This document shows, piece by piece, positions 8,709 to 18,638 of a stretch of 64,000 nt of DNA. Position numbers and translations under genes: made by a program. The stretch's first letter is position 1. Every line of letters starts with the position of its first letter. Under the pieces are notes generated by a model. It had not been told where the DNA came from. It was given only the letters and a program-made list of their open reading frames with translations, and did not search any database. Source of the DNA: a virus (taxonomy: Duplodnaviria; Caudoviricetes); IMG/VR virus record IMGVR_UViG_3300037847_002819, positions 1 to 64,000 of that record. One strand, written 5' to 3'.

Positions 8709-11234
8709 TCATTTAGGTGGAAGTGGCAATTTTTTATACTTATCTTCGTAAATATTCCATAGTCCAGCATCAGTGTCTTTATCTGCTGGCTTCTGTTTAT
8801 ACCCTGTCCAAGCCAGCCACATTTCCTTTCCATCCACTTCTATTACTCTAAAGTGCAGTTTAGTTTCAAACTTATTACCTCTCAAGAAATATTCGTGATA
8901 GCCTTCTTTCTGAACACCGAGTCCTATTTCTCCAGAATCTATAATTTTCTTCTTGGAAATGTTAGTTGCTATTTGGGCAGGGTATTTATTCGCCTTTCCA
9001 AACAATCTGAATATATCATCGTCTTTTTCTAAGTCTATTAACCAATTAAGTGTTTCATCTTCTAACTTAATTACTAAGTTTAAGTTTTCATCATCCCTTA
9101 GATATAATTTGAAATTACCCTCTTGAAGTTTTTTTGGAGTTTTATATTTTTTAATTTCCTCTTCATCTTGCATAATCTTATCGGGGTCTGCAATTAATTT
9201 CTTTTCTTTCTTATCAAAAGAAATACCATCTCTTTCATCCATCCAATTAGGTAGTCTATTCATTTTACTTTCTAGAATATCTTCATATATTTTAGAATGA
9301 TTTTTTACTAAGAAATCATGTAATTCTTTAGGAGTTTTTGCACCCCTTTCCTTTAGATACTGAAAGGCCGCAACAGTTAATCTAGACTGTTTTGTTTTCA
9401 TTATTGCTTCTGCTTGACTTTTCCATTCATCTAAATTTGCTAAAGCATTTTTAGACATTAAGTTACTTTCATCGAACCCATAAATAGTAAATCCATCCAT
9501 GTCACCTTTAATAATAACATTAGTTTCACCGTGAATATAATCAGTAACACTTACTCCCTTTTCTAATGCTTTTACATCATAATTCAAAGATTTCTTTGTA
9601 TCTTTAGATAACAACTCAAGTGTGACTAACTTATCAGGATATTCCACTTCTGGAACTTCTATTACTTTAGCAGAATAAATTGAATAAGTGTCTCCTTTCT
9701 TTTTTACCTCATCAACTTTTACACGAACAATATCTCCAATATCAACAGATATTTTAGTATTCAATGCTTTTCCTACATTCATATATTTAAGACCATTAAT
9801 TTCTTGTCCTTCATCAGTCGGCCCAGCCCCTAATGTATATGAATACAGTTTAGATTTAGTTTTCTTTTTATCTAACACAATCAAATCTAAATCAACAAAC
9901 TTCTTCCATTTAATCCATTTAGGATTTTTCTTAGTCCCTATGTAATATGTGGAAGTTGAATCTTTAATGACTACACCTTCGGCAGTAGGCATATCCATTA
10001 TTTCTTTTGAATACTGTTCAACTTCTTTAATCGAATCCGCTAATCGAGTATCTTTCTTAGAAGGGAAGTTTAGATATTCACTCGAATGAACAGAATAATT
10101 ATTGAACATTGTGTTCAATCTATCACTCAAAGGTTCATCTGCAATATTTTTGTCATTGTGTCGCATAATGTCAAACATATGCGCTTTTAGTTTAGCATCA
10201 GGATATTTACCCTTAAACACATGAGCAATAGTATCTGCTCTATGTAGTGCATCCTTTCCATCAAATAATATTAATTCACCATCTAGAATACAATCCCCGA
10301 AGTGTTTCTTCTTCATTTCTTCAACGATTTCTTTACACTTATCAGTAATATCTTTTTCATTATAGGAATAAACTTTAATCTTGTTGTCTATTTTATGAAC
10401 CTGTATTCTCATACCGTCATATTTTTCTTGAACAATGTATTCACCGCTAAATCCTTTTAACTCTTCCATGTCTTCAATGTCAAATATTCTATACATAGGT
10501 TTGTTAGGAGTAATAAAATCTGTCTTACCCTTTTCTGTTTCTGATTTTTCAATCATTTTTTTAGGTGTATCAGTTTCCATGTCAATATCTTCTAACTCTT
10601 CCCAATCTTCTTCATTGTGTTTAGAAAAGAATAATAGTTCTAACATAGCCATAGCAGACTTAACTTTCTTTTCCACCTTCTTTGAGTCTTTTCCATCCCC
10701 ATAATGCTCAATAATATAGAGGGGAATATCATCCACTTCTAGGTCAAGTCCCATAAGACCATCCGTAATGGTGTCAGGTTTCATGTCTTTAACGCTGTAA
10801 ATGGATGGATTAAGTGCTTTATTGTCATTTCTCATAGCATAATGCAAGAATTTAACCATTGTTTCCGGTGATTCTAATAACGCTTCAAGAACATTATCTT
10901 TGAAGTGTTTGGCAAAAGGGTCAGAAACCTCATCAGAAGCATATCGAAGTTTTTTCACTGCTTCGTATATCTTTTCAGCAATAGTAGTAGTTACATCGGA
11001 AGCATCTTCATTATTCAAATCCTTATCATCAATGTAGCGTTTCAATTCTTCTCCAAACTTCCCCGAATCATCATATTCCTCTTTGATGTATTCAATAGCA
11101 CTTCTCCATTTTGAACCATACTCTTTCGGGTCGGTTCTTGCAGAAAGATAGGCAACCCTAACTCTTTCAAACAATTGAAGTATTTGATTAGAAGCGTTAC
11201 CCTTCTTCTCAAATAGAAGGCCGGATTTAGGCAT
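8709..11234 (-). CDS. ATP-dependent DNA ligase-like multidomain protein in the head module, with a degenerate LigD phosphoesterase-like C-terminal domain
   Basis: Motif I EKYDGMR, III LDGEL, IIIa FDIM, IV EGVVIK, V WIKWK, followed by an OB fold. Confidence 0.85.
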   Translation of the reverse strand: MPKSGLLFEKKGNASNQILQLFERVRVAYLSARTDPKEYGSKWRSAIEYIKEEYDDSGKFGEELKRYIDDKDLNNEDASDVTTTIAEKIYEAVKKLRYASDEVSDPFAKHFKDNVLEALLESPETMVKFLHYAMRNDNKALNPSIYSVKDMKPDTITDGLMGLDLEVDDIPLYIIEHYGDGKDSKKVEKKVKSAMAMLELLFFSKHNEEDWEELEDIDMETDTPKKMIEKSETEKGKTDFITPNKPMYRIFDIEDMEELKGFSGEYIVQEKYDGMRIQVHKIDNKIKVYSYNEKDITDKCKEIVEEMKKKHFGDCILDGELILFDGKDALHRADTIAHVFKGKYPDAKLKAHMFDIMRHNDKNIADEPLSDRLNTMFNNYSVHSSEYLNFPSKKDTRLADSIKEVEQYSKEIMDMPTAEGVVIKDSTSTYYIGTKKNPKWIKWKKFVDLDLIVLDKKKTKSKLYSYTLGAGPTDEGQEINGLKYMNVGKALNTKISVDIGDIVRVKVDEVKKKGDTYSIYSAKVIEVPEVEYPDKLVTLELLSKDTKKSLNYDVKALEKGVSVTDYIHGETNVIIKGDMDGFTIYGFDESNLMSKNALANLDEWKSQAEAIMKTKQSRLTVAAFQYLKERGAKTPKELHDFLVKNHSKIYEDILESKMNRLPNWMDERDGISFDKKEKKLIADPDKIMQDEEEIKKYKTPKKLQEGNFKLYLRDDENLNLVIKLEDETLNWLIDLEKDDDIFRLFGKANKYPAQIATNISKKKIIDSGEIGLGVQKEGYHEYFLRGNKFETKLHFRVIEVDGKEMWLAWTGYKQKPADKDTDAGLWNIYEDKYKKLPLPPK

Positions 11235-11240
11235 AGGTCA

Positions 11241-11711
11241 TCACAATTTCCCATCAAAACGGCTTGTTCTCTTTTGTTTTTTAAGTGCATCAATCGCTTT
11301 TTTAACCAATGTCTCAATCATTTCTTCTTTATCAAAATACCTTTGCCTTGCCCTTCCTTGAGGTGCTACAAGCGGTAATAAAGATTTAAGGTCAACATCG
11401 TCAAAAGCCTTTCTTATTTCTTCGGCCACTTTATCTAACGCTTTTGTTACTTCATCCGGTAAATTTGATTCAGCCTTTTTGATTTTATGTTCAGTAGTTT
11501 CACCAGCAAGACCATACCCTTCTTTCTTTTGAGTTTGATTCTTAGGTTTTACATTAGTTACTTTAGGTCTTTTAATTTTCTCAACTTCTATTTCATCATC
11601 AAGAGGAAGCCTTTCGTGAACACTTTCTTGTTGCAATAATTCCTTTGCCCTTCTTGCTTTTTCAATCGCAAGACTAACAATTCTTTCTTCTTTAGTTACT
11701 CTTTCTGGCAT
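11241..11711 (-). CDS. Hypothetical head-module protein
   Basis: Co-oriented ORF between portal and protease. Confidence 0.7.
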   Translation of the reverse strand: MPERVTKEERIVSLAIEKARRAKELLQQESVHERLPLDDEIEVEKIKRPKVTNVKPKNQTQKKEGYGLAGETTEHKIKKAESNLPDEVTKALDKVAEEIRKAFDDVDLKSLLPLVAPQGRARQRYFDKEEMIETLVKKAIDALKKQKRTSRFDGKL

Positions 11712-11959
11712 TATTGCCCACCTACCTTTTCCATCATTTTATGAATATCCGACCAATCCATACTTGAAACATCACCAATAGCAGAAGCACTACCAATGGT
11801 ATTATTCATTTTAGGGCTTGGACTTGTTGTAACTACAAGACCGGATTTCATCAAAAGGTTGTCCTTATGATATACGGTCTGCTCTAGTTGTTCTATCTTA
11901 TCAGTTAAGGCTTTCAAAATCGCCAATACATCTTCATTTAATTCACTCATTTTTTCCAC
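11711..11959 (-). CDS. Putative accessory scaffolding protein
   Basis: N-terminal coiled coil; C-terminal SMDWSDIHKM is identical to the end of the protease/scaffold. Confidence 0.7.
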   Translation of the reverse strand: MEKMSELNEDVLAILKALTDKIEQLEQTVYHKDNLLMKSGLVVTTSPSPKMNNTIGSASAIGDVSSMDWSDIHKMMEKVGGQ

Positions 11960-12308
11960 CTTTTTTCTTTGGATAAATCATTTCTCGCAATTGACGATAC
12001 AAGGTTTCGTAATCCTTACGGAGTTTGGTAGCAGTGGCTACAATATCAAGGTTGCGCTCATCCATGCTTTTCATGCGTTTGTTGAGTTTTTTGTCCGACT
12101 TCATAAAATCTAAGTCTTTCAGAACATCTATCAACTCACCCATTTTAGTGAAGTCCTGTCCGAAAAATTCAGTAGGTTCTGCCGCTTGTAAAGTCTTTTT
12201 TAGTTTCTTAGTTTGCTTGCTATCTAAACTATTGAGAATAGTTTTTTCCGGAGATTTTTTCTCCTTTAGAATATATTCTTCCTGTTCATCATAATAATCC
12301 CATGTCAT
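11943..12308 (-). CDS. Hypothetical head-module protein
   Basis: Overlapping start/stop junctions; starts MTWDYY...YILKE. Confidence 0.7.
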   Translation of the reverse strand: MTWDYYDEQEEYILKEKKSPEKTILNSLDSKQTKKLKKTLQAAEPTEFFGQDFTKMGELIDVLKDLDFMKSDKKLNKRMKSMDERNLDIVATATKLRKDYETLYRQLREMIYPKKKGGKNE

Positions 12309-15300
12309 TCTTCTTTCCCCCTAGTTGATTCTTTAATATTTTCAATAGACTTTTTCCATCCTTCGCCTAACTTATCTAATTTTTTGATTTCTTTTTTAAA
12401 GTTAGGAATTAACCTGAGTTTTCTTTTTATGCTTCTTTTAGCATCTTGTATTTTTTCATTATATTCGGCTGCTAATGCTTCCTGTTTTTTGTCAGATAAA
12501 GGTTTTTTAGTTGCTCCTGATATAAACCCTTTCTTCTGTGCTTTTTCAAACAATTCTATAAAAGCCTCAATTTCAACTTCTATTATTCCGATTTGTCTCA
12601 TAGTTTTATCTATTAATTCATCATATTCATAGATTTTATCTTCTATTTCATTTAATTCTCTTGTTGCAATATAAAAATTACTTGCGGTTTGAGTCTTTGG
12701 TCTAGGTTTTCCGAATTTTGGAGTTTGTGGCCCTTTACCTCCAGATACTCGAACTGTTGGAGATTCTTTTATTTCTGCATCTAATTTTTCAGATATTTTT
12801 TTCCATGCATCAAATAACTTCTTTTCAGTTTCACTTAATTCATTACTAAATTTCTCCGACATTTGAACAAAATTATTTGCTCTATCAATATCAATATCAA
12901 ATTCTGGCATTTTTCCTTCGATTGGAAATGGTTTTGGTGTTGCTTGAAATATATTATAGAAATATTTTTTAAGTTTTATTCCTTCTTGCTTGAATTTTAA
13001 TTTTAATAATCTAGGAATTTCAAAATCAGTCTTTTTTTGGTTTTGTATATCTCTAATTGTTGATTCTTTAATTTCTTTCATAGTGTCAGCAATTCTTTGT
13101 TTTTTCTTAGAAACTAAAGCACCTGCTTGTTTATTGTAAATTTTTCTTCCAAGTTTATTAATAACATCTAAAATCTTTGTCTCTTCACCATTATACATCA
13201 TGGTTTTATTCAAAAATTTCATTATCGTTTTGTATGAATCCTCAATATCAGAAAATCCTGTATCGCTATCATCATAAGAAAAAGGTCTTAAACCAATCCC
13301 TGTATTGGTTTTATCAATCCAAGCAAATAAATCAGCATCCATAACAGTCTTTGCTTCACTGAAATATTTATCAAATTCGTCTGTTTTTATTTTATTCATC
13401 TGCTCTCGAAGTTTTTTATAGTTAGTAAACATAATGTCTTTATGTTTTCTTCCAATATCTTTAGCCCTTCTTTTCATAGCCTCTTTATTGCTACCTATTG
13501 GCTTATTTCTAGTCGTTGGACTATCATCAAATAAGGAAGAGAGTGCGGCTAATTCTTTAGGAACATATGACTTTTTAACCTTCCCACTACCAATATTTGA
13601 TTTAGGTTTCTTTTTAGGTTCTTCCCATTCTTTTGTTTTATCATTCCAAACCAACGGTTTTTCGGGGTTTACGCCAGCATATGTTGAAGGTCTTCTCATT
13701 CCTATTTCTTCCTTCTTTTGTTTTTTAGGTTTTTGAATAATGACTTTTCTTTTAGGCAAGGGTTTAGGATTTCTTTTTGTTTGTAGTAAATTAACAACAT
13801 CAATAAAGTATAATTCGTTAGAAGCAATAAATTTACTGAAGTCTTTATCCGGATTTTTAGATTTACTAAACACTTCTAATTTATCTGCAAAATTTTTCCA
13901 CATTGATTTTGTTGCAGCAGCAACTTTAGTTTCTGATTGTGGTAGTGCAGATTTAACTTTACTCTTTATATTTCCTTTATCTAATAATTCAGGGTCACTA
14001 AATAAAACTTCATATATTGCAGTCAATTCAAATTTTTCATTTTCCTTTCTTTGCTCATCAGTTAATTGAGAATCTTTTCCGGTTCTTCTTAAAGAAGTTC
14101 CTCTTTCTCTCTTTGTTTCTTCGGCTTCTTTCTTATCCTGTTCCCAATTCTTCATATTGAATCTTTTAGCAAGAGTGTTAATAACAGAAGTAATATTATC
14201 AATTTTTCTTCTAATTGCCGTATTACTTTCCATTTTAGAATATTTATTTTTAAGAGCCTTTAAGTTCTTGAGTATTCTTTGATAACTGTCTTGGAATTTT
14301 CTTTTGTTTTGTAATTCCCATGTATTCTTTTGTTTTTCTGACAAATCATCCCATTTCACTTCTTCATAAGTGCCGGTTTCATCATTATACATTTTAGGAA
14401 TTGGATATTTTACTTTTTTAAGAGACTCGAAGAAAGTTTTCATTTCTTCATCTTGTAATAAACTCTTTAGTTCCTTTAATTCAGATTCTCCTTCTAAATT
14501 ACCATATACTTCCATAAAAGAAATAGTATTCTTTTTATCAACAGGAGCAGGTTTATTTTCTAAAGCATTTTTTAATTTTTCATCTGCTTCTTTTGTTAGA
14601 ATAGCCCACTTCTCATCGAAGTATTGCAAGTCATCTTTTTTAAGAGATTCTAGCATTTTAATATTAAACTTTTTGACTGCCTCACGGAATTTTGTTTTTC
14701 CACCGGAACTAGAATAAAGTTTTCCTTCTGGTATTCTATATTCATCTTTGTCTTTTTTAAGTTCCTTTAACGCCAATATTTGACCTTTAATGCTTCTAAC
14801 AAATCCATTATAGTATTTATTAACTAAATCCTCAAAAGAGTCGTTACTAGTATCTAAATCAAAAAGTAATTTTTTGTAAGTTGAAATATCTAATTCTTTC
14901 ATTTTTTTACTCGACCTATTATGTAGTTCTAGTTTATTTTTCTTTCTTTGTGCAATATCTTCAGGTTTTATTAAATCCTCTAATTCTTTAATTTTTTCGG
15001 GAATATCTTTTCCAGCAAGAATATATCTTTCTTGCCAACCACTTTCAGGAGTTAAATTACCGAACATATCCGGACTAAAAGAAATGCCTAAATCTTCTAA
15101 TATTTTTTTAGTTTTCTCATTAACTGTTTTTATAGCACCTTTAGGAGCAAGACCTTTTTCCTTTCCAATGCCTTCTATAATTTCTAAATTCCAAAATCTA
15201 TTTTTATCTAACCATTCTTTACTTAATTCAAAATTAGTTAGTTTGTTACTTTTTTCTTTTTTTATTAGACCATCATAATATGCGACTATGTTTCTTCTTA

Positions 15301-15634
15301 GGTCGTCTCTAATTTCTCTAGACGCAGTATCTTCTATTTTACCTGCTTCTTTGCCTTTTCCCATCATTTGAGAAGCAACATACATTTGTGCTAACTGTTG
15401 CCATGATACTCTTTGTTCGGGTTTTTCTAATTTTAACCCTTTGAAAGTTCGTAGCAGTTCAGAATATGCTTTAGCCTCTTTTTCTAAACCTTTTAGCGGC
15501 TTTCCATTATCGTCTAGATAAGGATTGTTTTGTTGCTTTACCTTTTCCATCGCCTTTTCTATATCAGTCACTAACGACTTCAATAAAAAAGAAGGGTCAT
15601 CTTCTCGACCCGATAGAACCGCTTTCCATGACAT
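12305..15634 (-). CDS. Large Lys-rich putative internal virion protein (1109 aa)
   Basis: Long ORF with N-terminal MSWKAVL tag; helical/coiled coil. Confidence 0.75.
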   Translation of the reverse strand: MSWKAVLSGREDDPSFLLKSLVTDIEKAMEKVKQQNNPYLDDNGKPLKGLEKEAKAYSELLRTFKGLKLEKPEQRVSWQQLAQMYVASQMMGKGKEAGKIEDTASREIRDDLRRNIVAYYDGLIKKEKSNKLTNFELSKEWLDKNRFWNLEIIEGIGKEKGLAPKGAIKTVNEKTKKILEDLGISFSPDMFGNLTPESGWQERYILAGKDIPEKIKELEDLIKPEDIAQRKKNKLELHNRSSKKMKELDISTYKKLLFDLDTSNDSFEDLVNKYYNGFVRSIKGQILALKELKKDKDEYRIPEGKLYSSSGGKTKFREAVKKFNIKMLESLKKDDLQYFDEKWAILTKEADEKLKNALENKPAPVDKKNTISFMEVYGNLEGESELKELKSLLQDEEMKTFFESLKKVKYPIPKMYNDETGTYEEVKWDDLSEKQKNTWELQNKRKFQDSYQRILKNLKALKNKYSKMESNTAIRRKIDNITSVINTLAKRFNMKNWEQDKKEAEETKRERGTSLRRTGKDSQLTDEQRKENEKFELTAIYEVLFSDPELLDKGNIKSKVKSALPQSETKVAAATKSMWKNFADKLEVFSKSKNPDKDFSKFIASNELYFIDVVNLLQTKRNPKPLPKRKVIIQKPKKQKKEEIGMRRPSTYAGVNPEKPLVWNDKTKEWEEPKKKPKSNIGSGKVKKSYVPKELAALSSLFDDSPTTRNKPIGSNKEAMKRRAKDIGRKHKDIMFTNYKKLREQMNKIKTDEFDKYFSEAKTVMDADLFAWIDKTNTGIGLRPFSYDDSDTGFSDIEDSYKTIMKFLNKTMMYNGEETKILDVINKLGRKIYNKQAGALVSKKKQRIADTMKEIKESTIRDIQNQKKTDFEIPRLLKLKFKQEGIKLKKYFYNIFQATPKPFPIEGKMPEFDIDIDRANNFVQMSEKFSNELSETEKKLFDAWKKISEKLDAEIKESPTVRVSGGKGPQTPKFGKPRPKTQTASNFYIATRELNEIEDKIYEYDELIDKTMRQIGIIEVEIEAFIELFEKAQKKGFISGATKKPLSDKKQEALAAEYNEKIQDAKRSIKRKLRLIPNFKKEIKKLDKLGEGWKKSIENIKESTRGKEE

Positions 15635-15643
15635 ATTATCACA

Positions 15644-15871
15644 TCAGAAAGGTATGTTCTCTTTTTTTCCTCTTTTATGCTTTGGTAAGAGAACCACATC
15701 AGGAACATCGTTAGATGAATTAATCGGTTTATGCGAAGTGTCCGGTGGAAGTCCACCAATGGAATAATCACGGCTAACTGTTGCCTTTCGATTATCTGCC
15801 GCATTCTGCGCTCTAACCTTTGCTAGTTCTTTTTTCAATCTCATTTCTTTTTGTTTCAAATCTTCTGTCAT
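15644..15871 (-). CDS. Hypothetical protein
   Basis: Likely start ATG 15871 (MTEDLKQKE) just after the portal stop. Confidence 0.65.
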   Translation of the reverse strand: MTEDLKQKEMRLKKELAKVRAQNAADNRKATVSRDYSIGGLPPDTSHKPINSSNDVPDVVLLPKHKRGKKENIPF

Positions 15872-15872
15872 A

Positions 15873-17522
15873 TCAACCAACTCTCCTTTCGGTTCTTTTA
15901 TCCACATTTTCATTACCCGCATCTTTAGGTAATCCTGACATTCGCTTATCTGGCCCTACATTCATTGAGGCTTTATTCCTTGTGGCTGGAGGATTTTCCT
16001 GTGGTTTAGAACCTCCCGCTAATGCTTGTTCTTGCATTTGTCCTAATTGTGATGCATCAATATTTGTTCCCGCATATGGGTCTTTTTCAGCCGGTTTATC
16101 TTCTTTACCGCCTTCTCCCATTTCACCTTCAACGGGTTCTGGTTTTTCAAAGGTAAAGTTACCTTCTTCATCCATATCAACTTCAAATCCTAAATTCTTA
16201 ATAGAAGCCGCAATATTGACTTCTATTTCTCTTTTTCTTAATTCAGCAATTTCATCTTCTTCTTCTGATGGAGGGAGTTTTAGAACCCAATCTGTTATTC
16301 CAAATTGCTTAACTAAGTATGGAAATACATAATTATTATACACATTCTGCGCCATTTGAACTGCACGATTAGTAACTAGAATCTGCATACCTTCATTGTT
16401 CAAACCACCGCTTGTAGTGTTATCAGCCATGAAAACTTTACTGACACCATAGAATGCTGAAATCCTATCTCTTAAATCATCCTTTACAGACATATAATCC
16501 ATTTCTTTTAGACTGTCCATAAACTTAATCCATTCAATAGCACCTTTACCGCCACTATCTGATTCAACACCCATAACAGGAATAAAGTGAGGGTCGGACT
16601 CCATCTTCTCTTTAACACCACGCCAAAAGGCTCTCATTGAATCTAAATTACGAGTTTGAACCGCCAATAATCCTCTTGGCATTCTGCTCTTAGTATATGC
16701 TGAATTAACATAATTTTCCATAGCAATAAGAGTCATAATATGATTGTATAATGTAATTACAGGAGAGAAACCATAAAGTCGGCTAGGACTGTATTTACTA
16801 AAGTGTAATACTTCGCCTTCTAGGAAATATTGGTCGTCACCATTCGCTCTATTAACATAATGAACAGGGTATAGATTACCTCCACACTGTTCACAAGTAT
16901 GATGGGGTTCTGTATGTAATACATCTCTATGATTAATACAAGTAAATCCTTTTGTTCCCTTTACTCCATCTTCATCTGCATAGATAAACATGGTTACAGG
17001 GTCGCCTCTAAATATTTCTTTGATACGGTGCATTCTAATTTTACCATTACCGTCAATAAAGTATTCTTTGACAAGAACAATATATGCATCATCCATAGTA
17101 TTCAAATCGTCTTCTAATTCTTTCAATACATCTATGAATAATTGTTCTGATGGGTTAACATATCCTTCTAGGAACTTTTCAGCATATTCTAATTGCTTTA
17201 CATCGGGCATCTTCAAATCTTCTGAACCACATCTTGAGCATTGAGTTACAGGTCTGTTGTGTTTTTTACCACAACTTTTGCATATAGAATCGTATGCCTT
17301 TTCCCAAACATATCCTCTTCTATACACTTCTTGTTTTAATTGAGTAATACAGGTTCTAACAATAACTGATTGCTGAACCATAGAATAAATGATAGGCGCA
17401 GTCATCATGTAGTTATTCTGTCTTTCTTGAATACCCATGTTGAATATCTGCCTATCAGCAGGTTTAGGAGTGGAACGCCTAAATAATTGCCTAAACGAAA
17501 ATCGCCTCTTGCCATCAGCCAT
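15873..17522 (-). CDS. Portal protein with Zn-ribbon insertions
   Basis: Portal-like segments EVLHF..SRLYGFSPV, MPRGLL, ISAFYGVS; two Cys clusters; position between terminase and protease. Confidence 0.9.
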   Translation of the reverse strand: MADGKRRFSFRQLFRRSTPKPADRQIFNMGIQERQNNYMMTAPIIYSMVQQSVIVRTCITQLKQEVYRRGYVWEKAYDSICKSCGKKHNRPVTQCSRCGSEDLKMPDVKQLEYAEKFLEGYVNPSEQLFIDVLKELEDDLNTMDDAYIVLVKEYFIDGNGKIRMHRIKEIFRGDPVTMFIYADEDGVKGTKGFTCINHRDVLHTEPHHTCEQCGGNLYPVHYVNRANGDDQYFLEGEVLHFSKYSPSRLYGFSPVITLYNHIMTLIAMENYVNSAYTKSRMPRGLLAVQTRNLDSMRAFWRGVKEKMESDPHFIPVMGVESDSGGKGAIEWIKFMDSLKEMDYMSVKDDLRDRISAFYGVSKVFMADNTTSGGLNNEGMQILVTNRAVQMAQNVYNNYVFPYLVKQFGITDWVLKLPPSEEEDEIAELRKREIEVNIAASIKNLGFEVDMDEEGNFTFEKPEPVEGEMGEGGKEDKPAEKDPYAGTNIDASQLGQMQEQALAGGSKPQENPPATRNKASMNVGPDKRMSGLPKDAGNENVDKRTERRVG

Positions 17523-17533
17523 AAATTACACCC

Positions 17534-17683
17534 CTAGTTTTCATTAGATTTGGACTCTCTTATAGATGCTTTCATGTGTTTGGGGCGACCATGCTTTATC
17601 CAACATGATTCACAGAAACCGTATGGCCTATCATTCCGTTCACAATAACAACGACCACACCATTGGTAGTCTTTGTATTTCAT
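17534..17683 (-). CDS. Small Zn-finger protein (49 aa)
   Basis: Manual translation MKYKDYQWCGRCYC...FCESCWIKHG; ATGA overlap with the upstream stop. Confidence 0.6.
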   Translation of the reverse strand: MKYKDYQWCGRCYCERNDRPYGFCESCWIKHGRPKHMKASIRESKSNEN

Positions 17684-18147
17684 CTCATGTCCTCCATTTT
17701 TTGTAAGAACCTTTTAATTTCTCGACCCTCTCTAATTAGAGAGTTACTTGACATTAATAACTCACTGACTAATTTAGAATCCCTCAACCATTTATCATAT
17801 ATCTTTTCTATTTTATCTGATGTAGTATCTTTGTAGTCTGCTTTATCTTCAAACGATTCTAAAATCTTCTTTACATCATCTGTTCTAATATGTTGCAAAT
17901 TTAAAGTTCCATAAGAATGTCTTTTCCAATATCCCTTTCTGAACAAAGCGGCTAATTGTGCATACACATATTCTTTATTCATTCCTTCGGGAACTTTAAT
18001 TCCTATGTTGTATTTACCTTGAACCTCACTAAATTTTCTCATGGGTTTTCCGACATTCTGTTCAGAACCTCTTTTTTGTAGCCAAAAATCCGCTTCGGGG
18101 TAATTTGTTTTAACAACAAAATTAGCCTTTAGCAAATCTTCCCACAT
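17680..18147 (-). CDS. Tagged protein with a type I R-M HsdS/TRD-like domain
   Basis: MWEDLLKA tag; ...EYVYAQL...GYWKRHSYGTLNLQHIRTDDVKKI resembles the TRD C-terminal 'yly.....G....nI...di..i' pattern. Confidence 0.6.
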   Translation of the reverse strand: MWEDLLKANFVVKTNYPEADFWLQKRGSEQNVGKPMRKFSEVQGKYNIGIKVPEGMNKEYVYAQLAALFRKGYWKRHSYGTLNLQHIRTDDVKKILESFEDKADYKDTTSDKIEKIYDKWLRDSKLVSELLMSSNSLIREGREIKRFLQKMEDMR

Positions 18148-18638
18148 TAACAATTCCACCTTCTTCTAGCGGCCTTTGCTTTTTCACTGTATGTCCCATC
18201 ATCACGCTTAAATCCTCTTGACCTTGAACAGAAGTTCTTGCGCCTTTTCCATGCTTTACTACCACGCTTCAATTTACTTGGTTTAGTAGTAACAGGGGCT
18301 TTTAGATTAGAGCCTTGTTCACGCTTAAACTTAGCACGACCTTTAGCACTTAGTCCACCTGTTCTTGCATGAATCTTTTTATTATAACCCTTGAACGGCT
18401 TCTTTTTCAAAATTTCTTGCCATTTTAGCATCGCTTCAGGCACATTCCTACTTCTGTCAAAATCACTTCCAGAAGTTGAAAAAGCCCTATATTTTCTTTT
18501 TAATTCATTAATAATTTGTTGTTCCGATTTGATGTTCATTCTGTTATTAATTTCTTTTTCAAATTCTAAAACCGCTTTATCGGGTAAATTTCCTAACTCA
18601 AAACTCTGTCGCAAATTTTTTATTCTAGAACTAGTCAT
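18147..18638 (-). CDS. Basic protein, C-terminal DUF6321-like domain
   Basis: GGLSAKGRAKF...SNLKAPV...RRKNFCSR...ARRRWNC; internal LKWQEILKK tag. Confidence 0.65.
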   Translation of the reverse strand: MTSSRIKNLRQSFELGNLPDKAVLEFEKEINNRMNIKSEQQIINELKRKYRAFSTSGSDFDRSRNVPEAMLKWQEILKKKPFKGYNKKIHARTGGLSAKGRAKFKREQGSNLKAPVTTKPSKLKRGSKAWKRRKNFCSRSRGFKRDDGTYSEKAKAARRRWNC

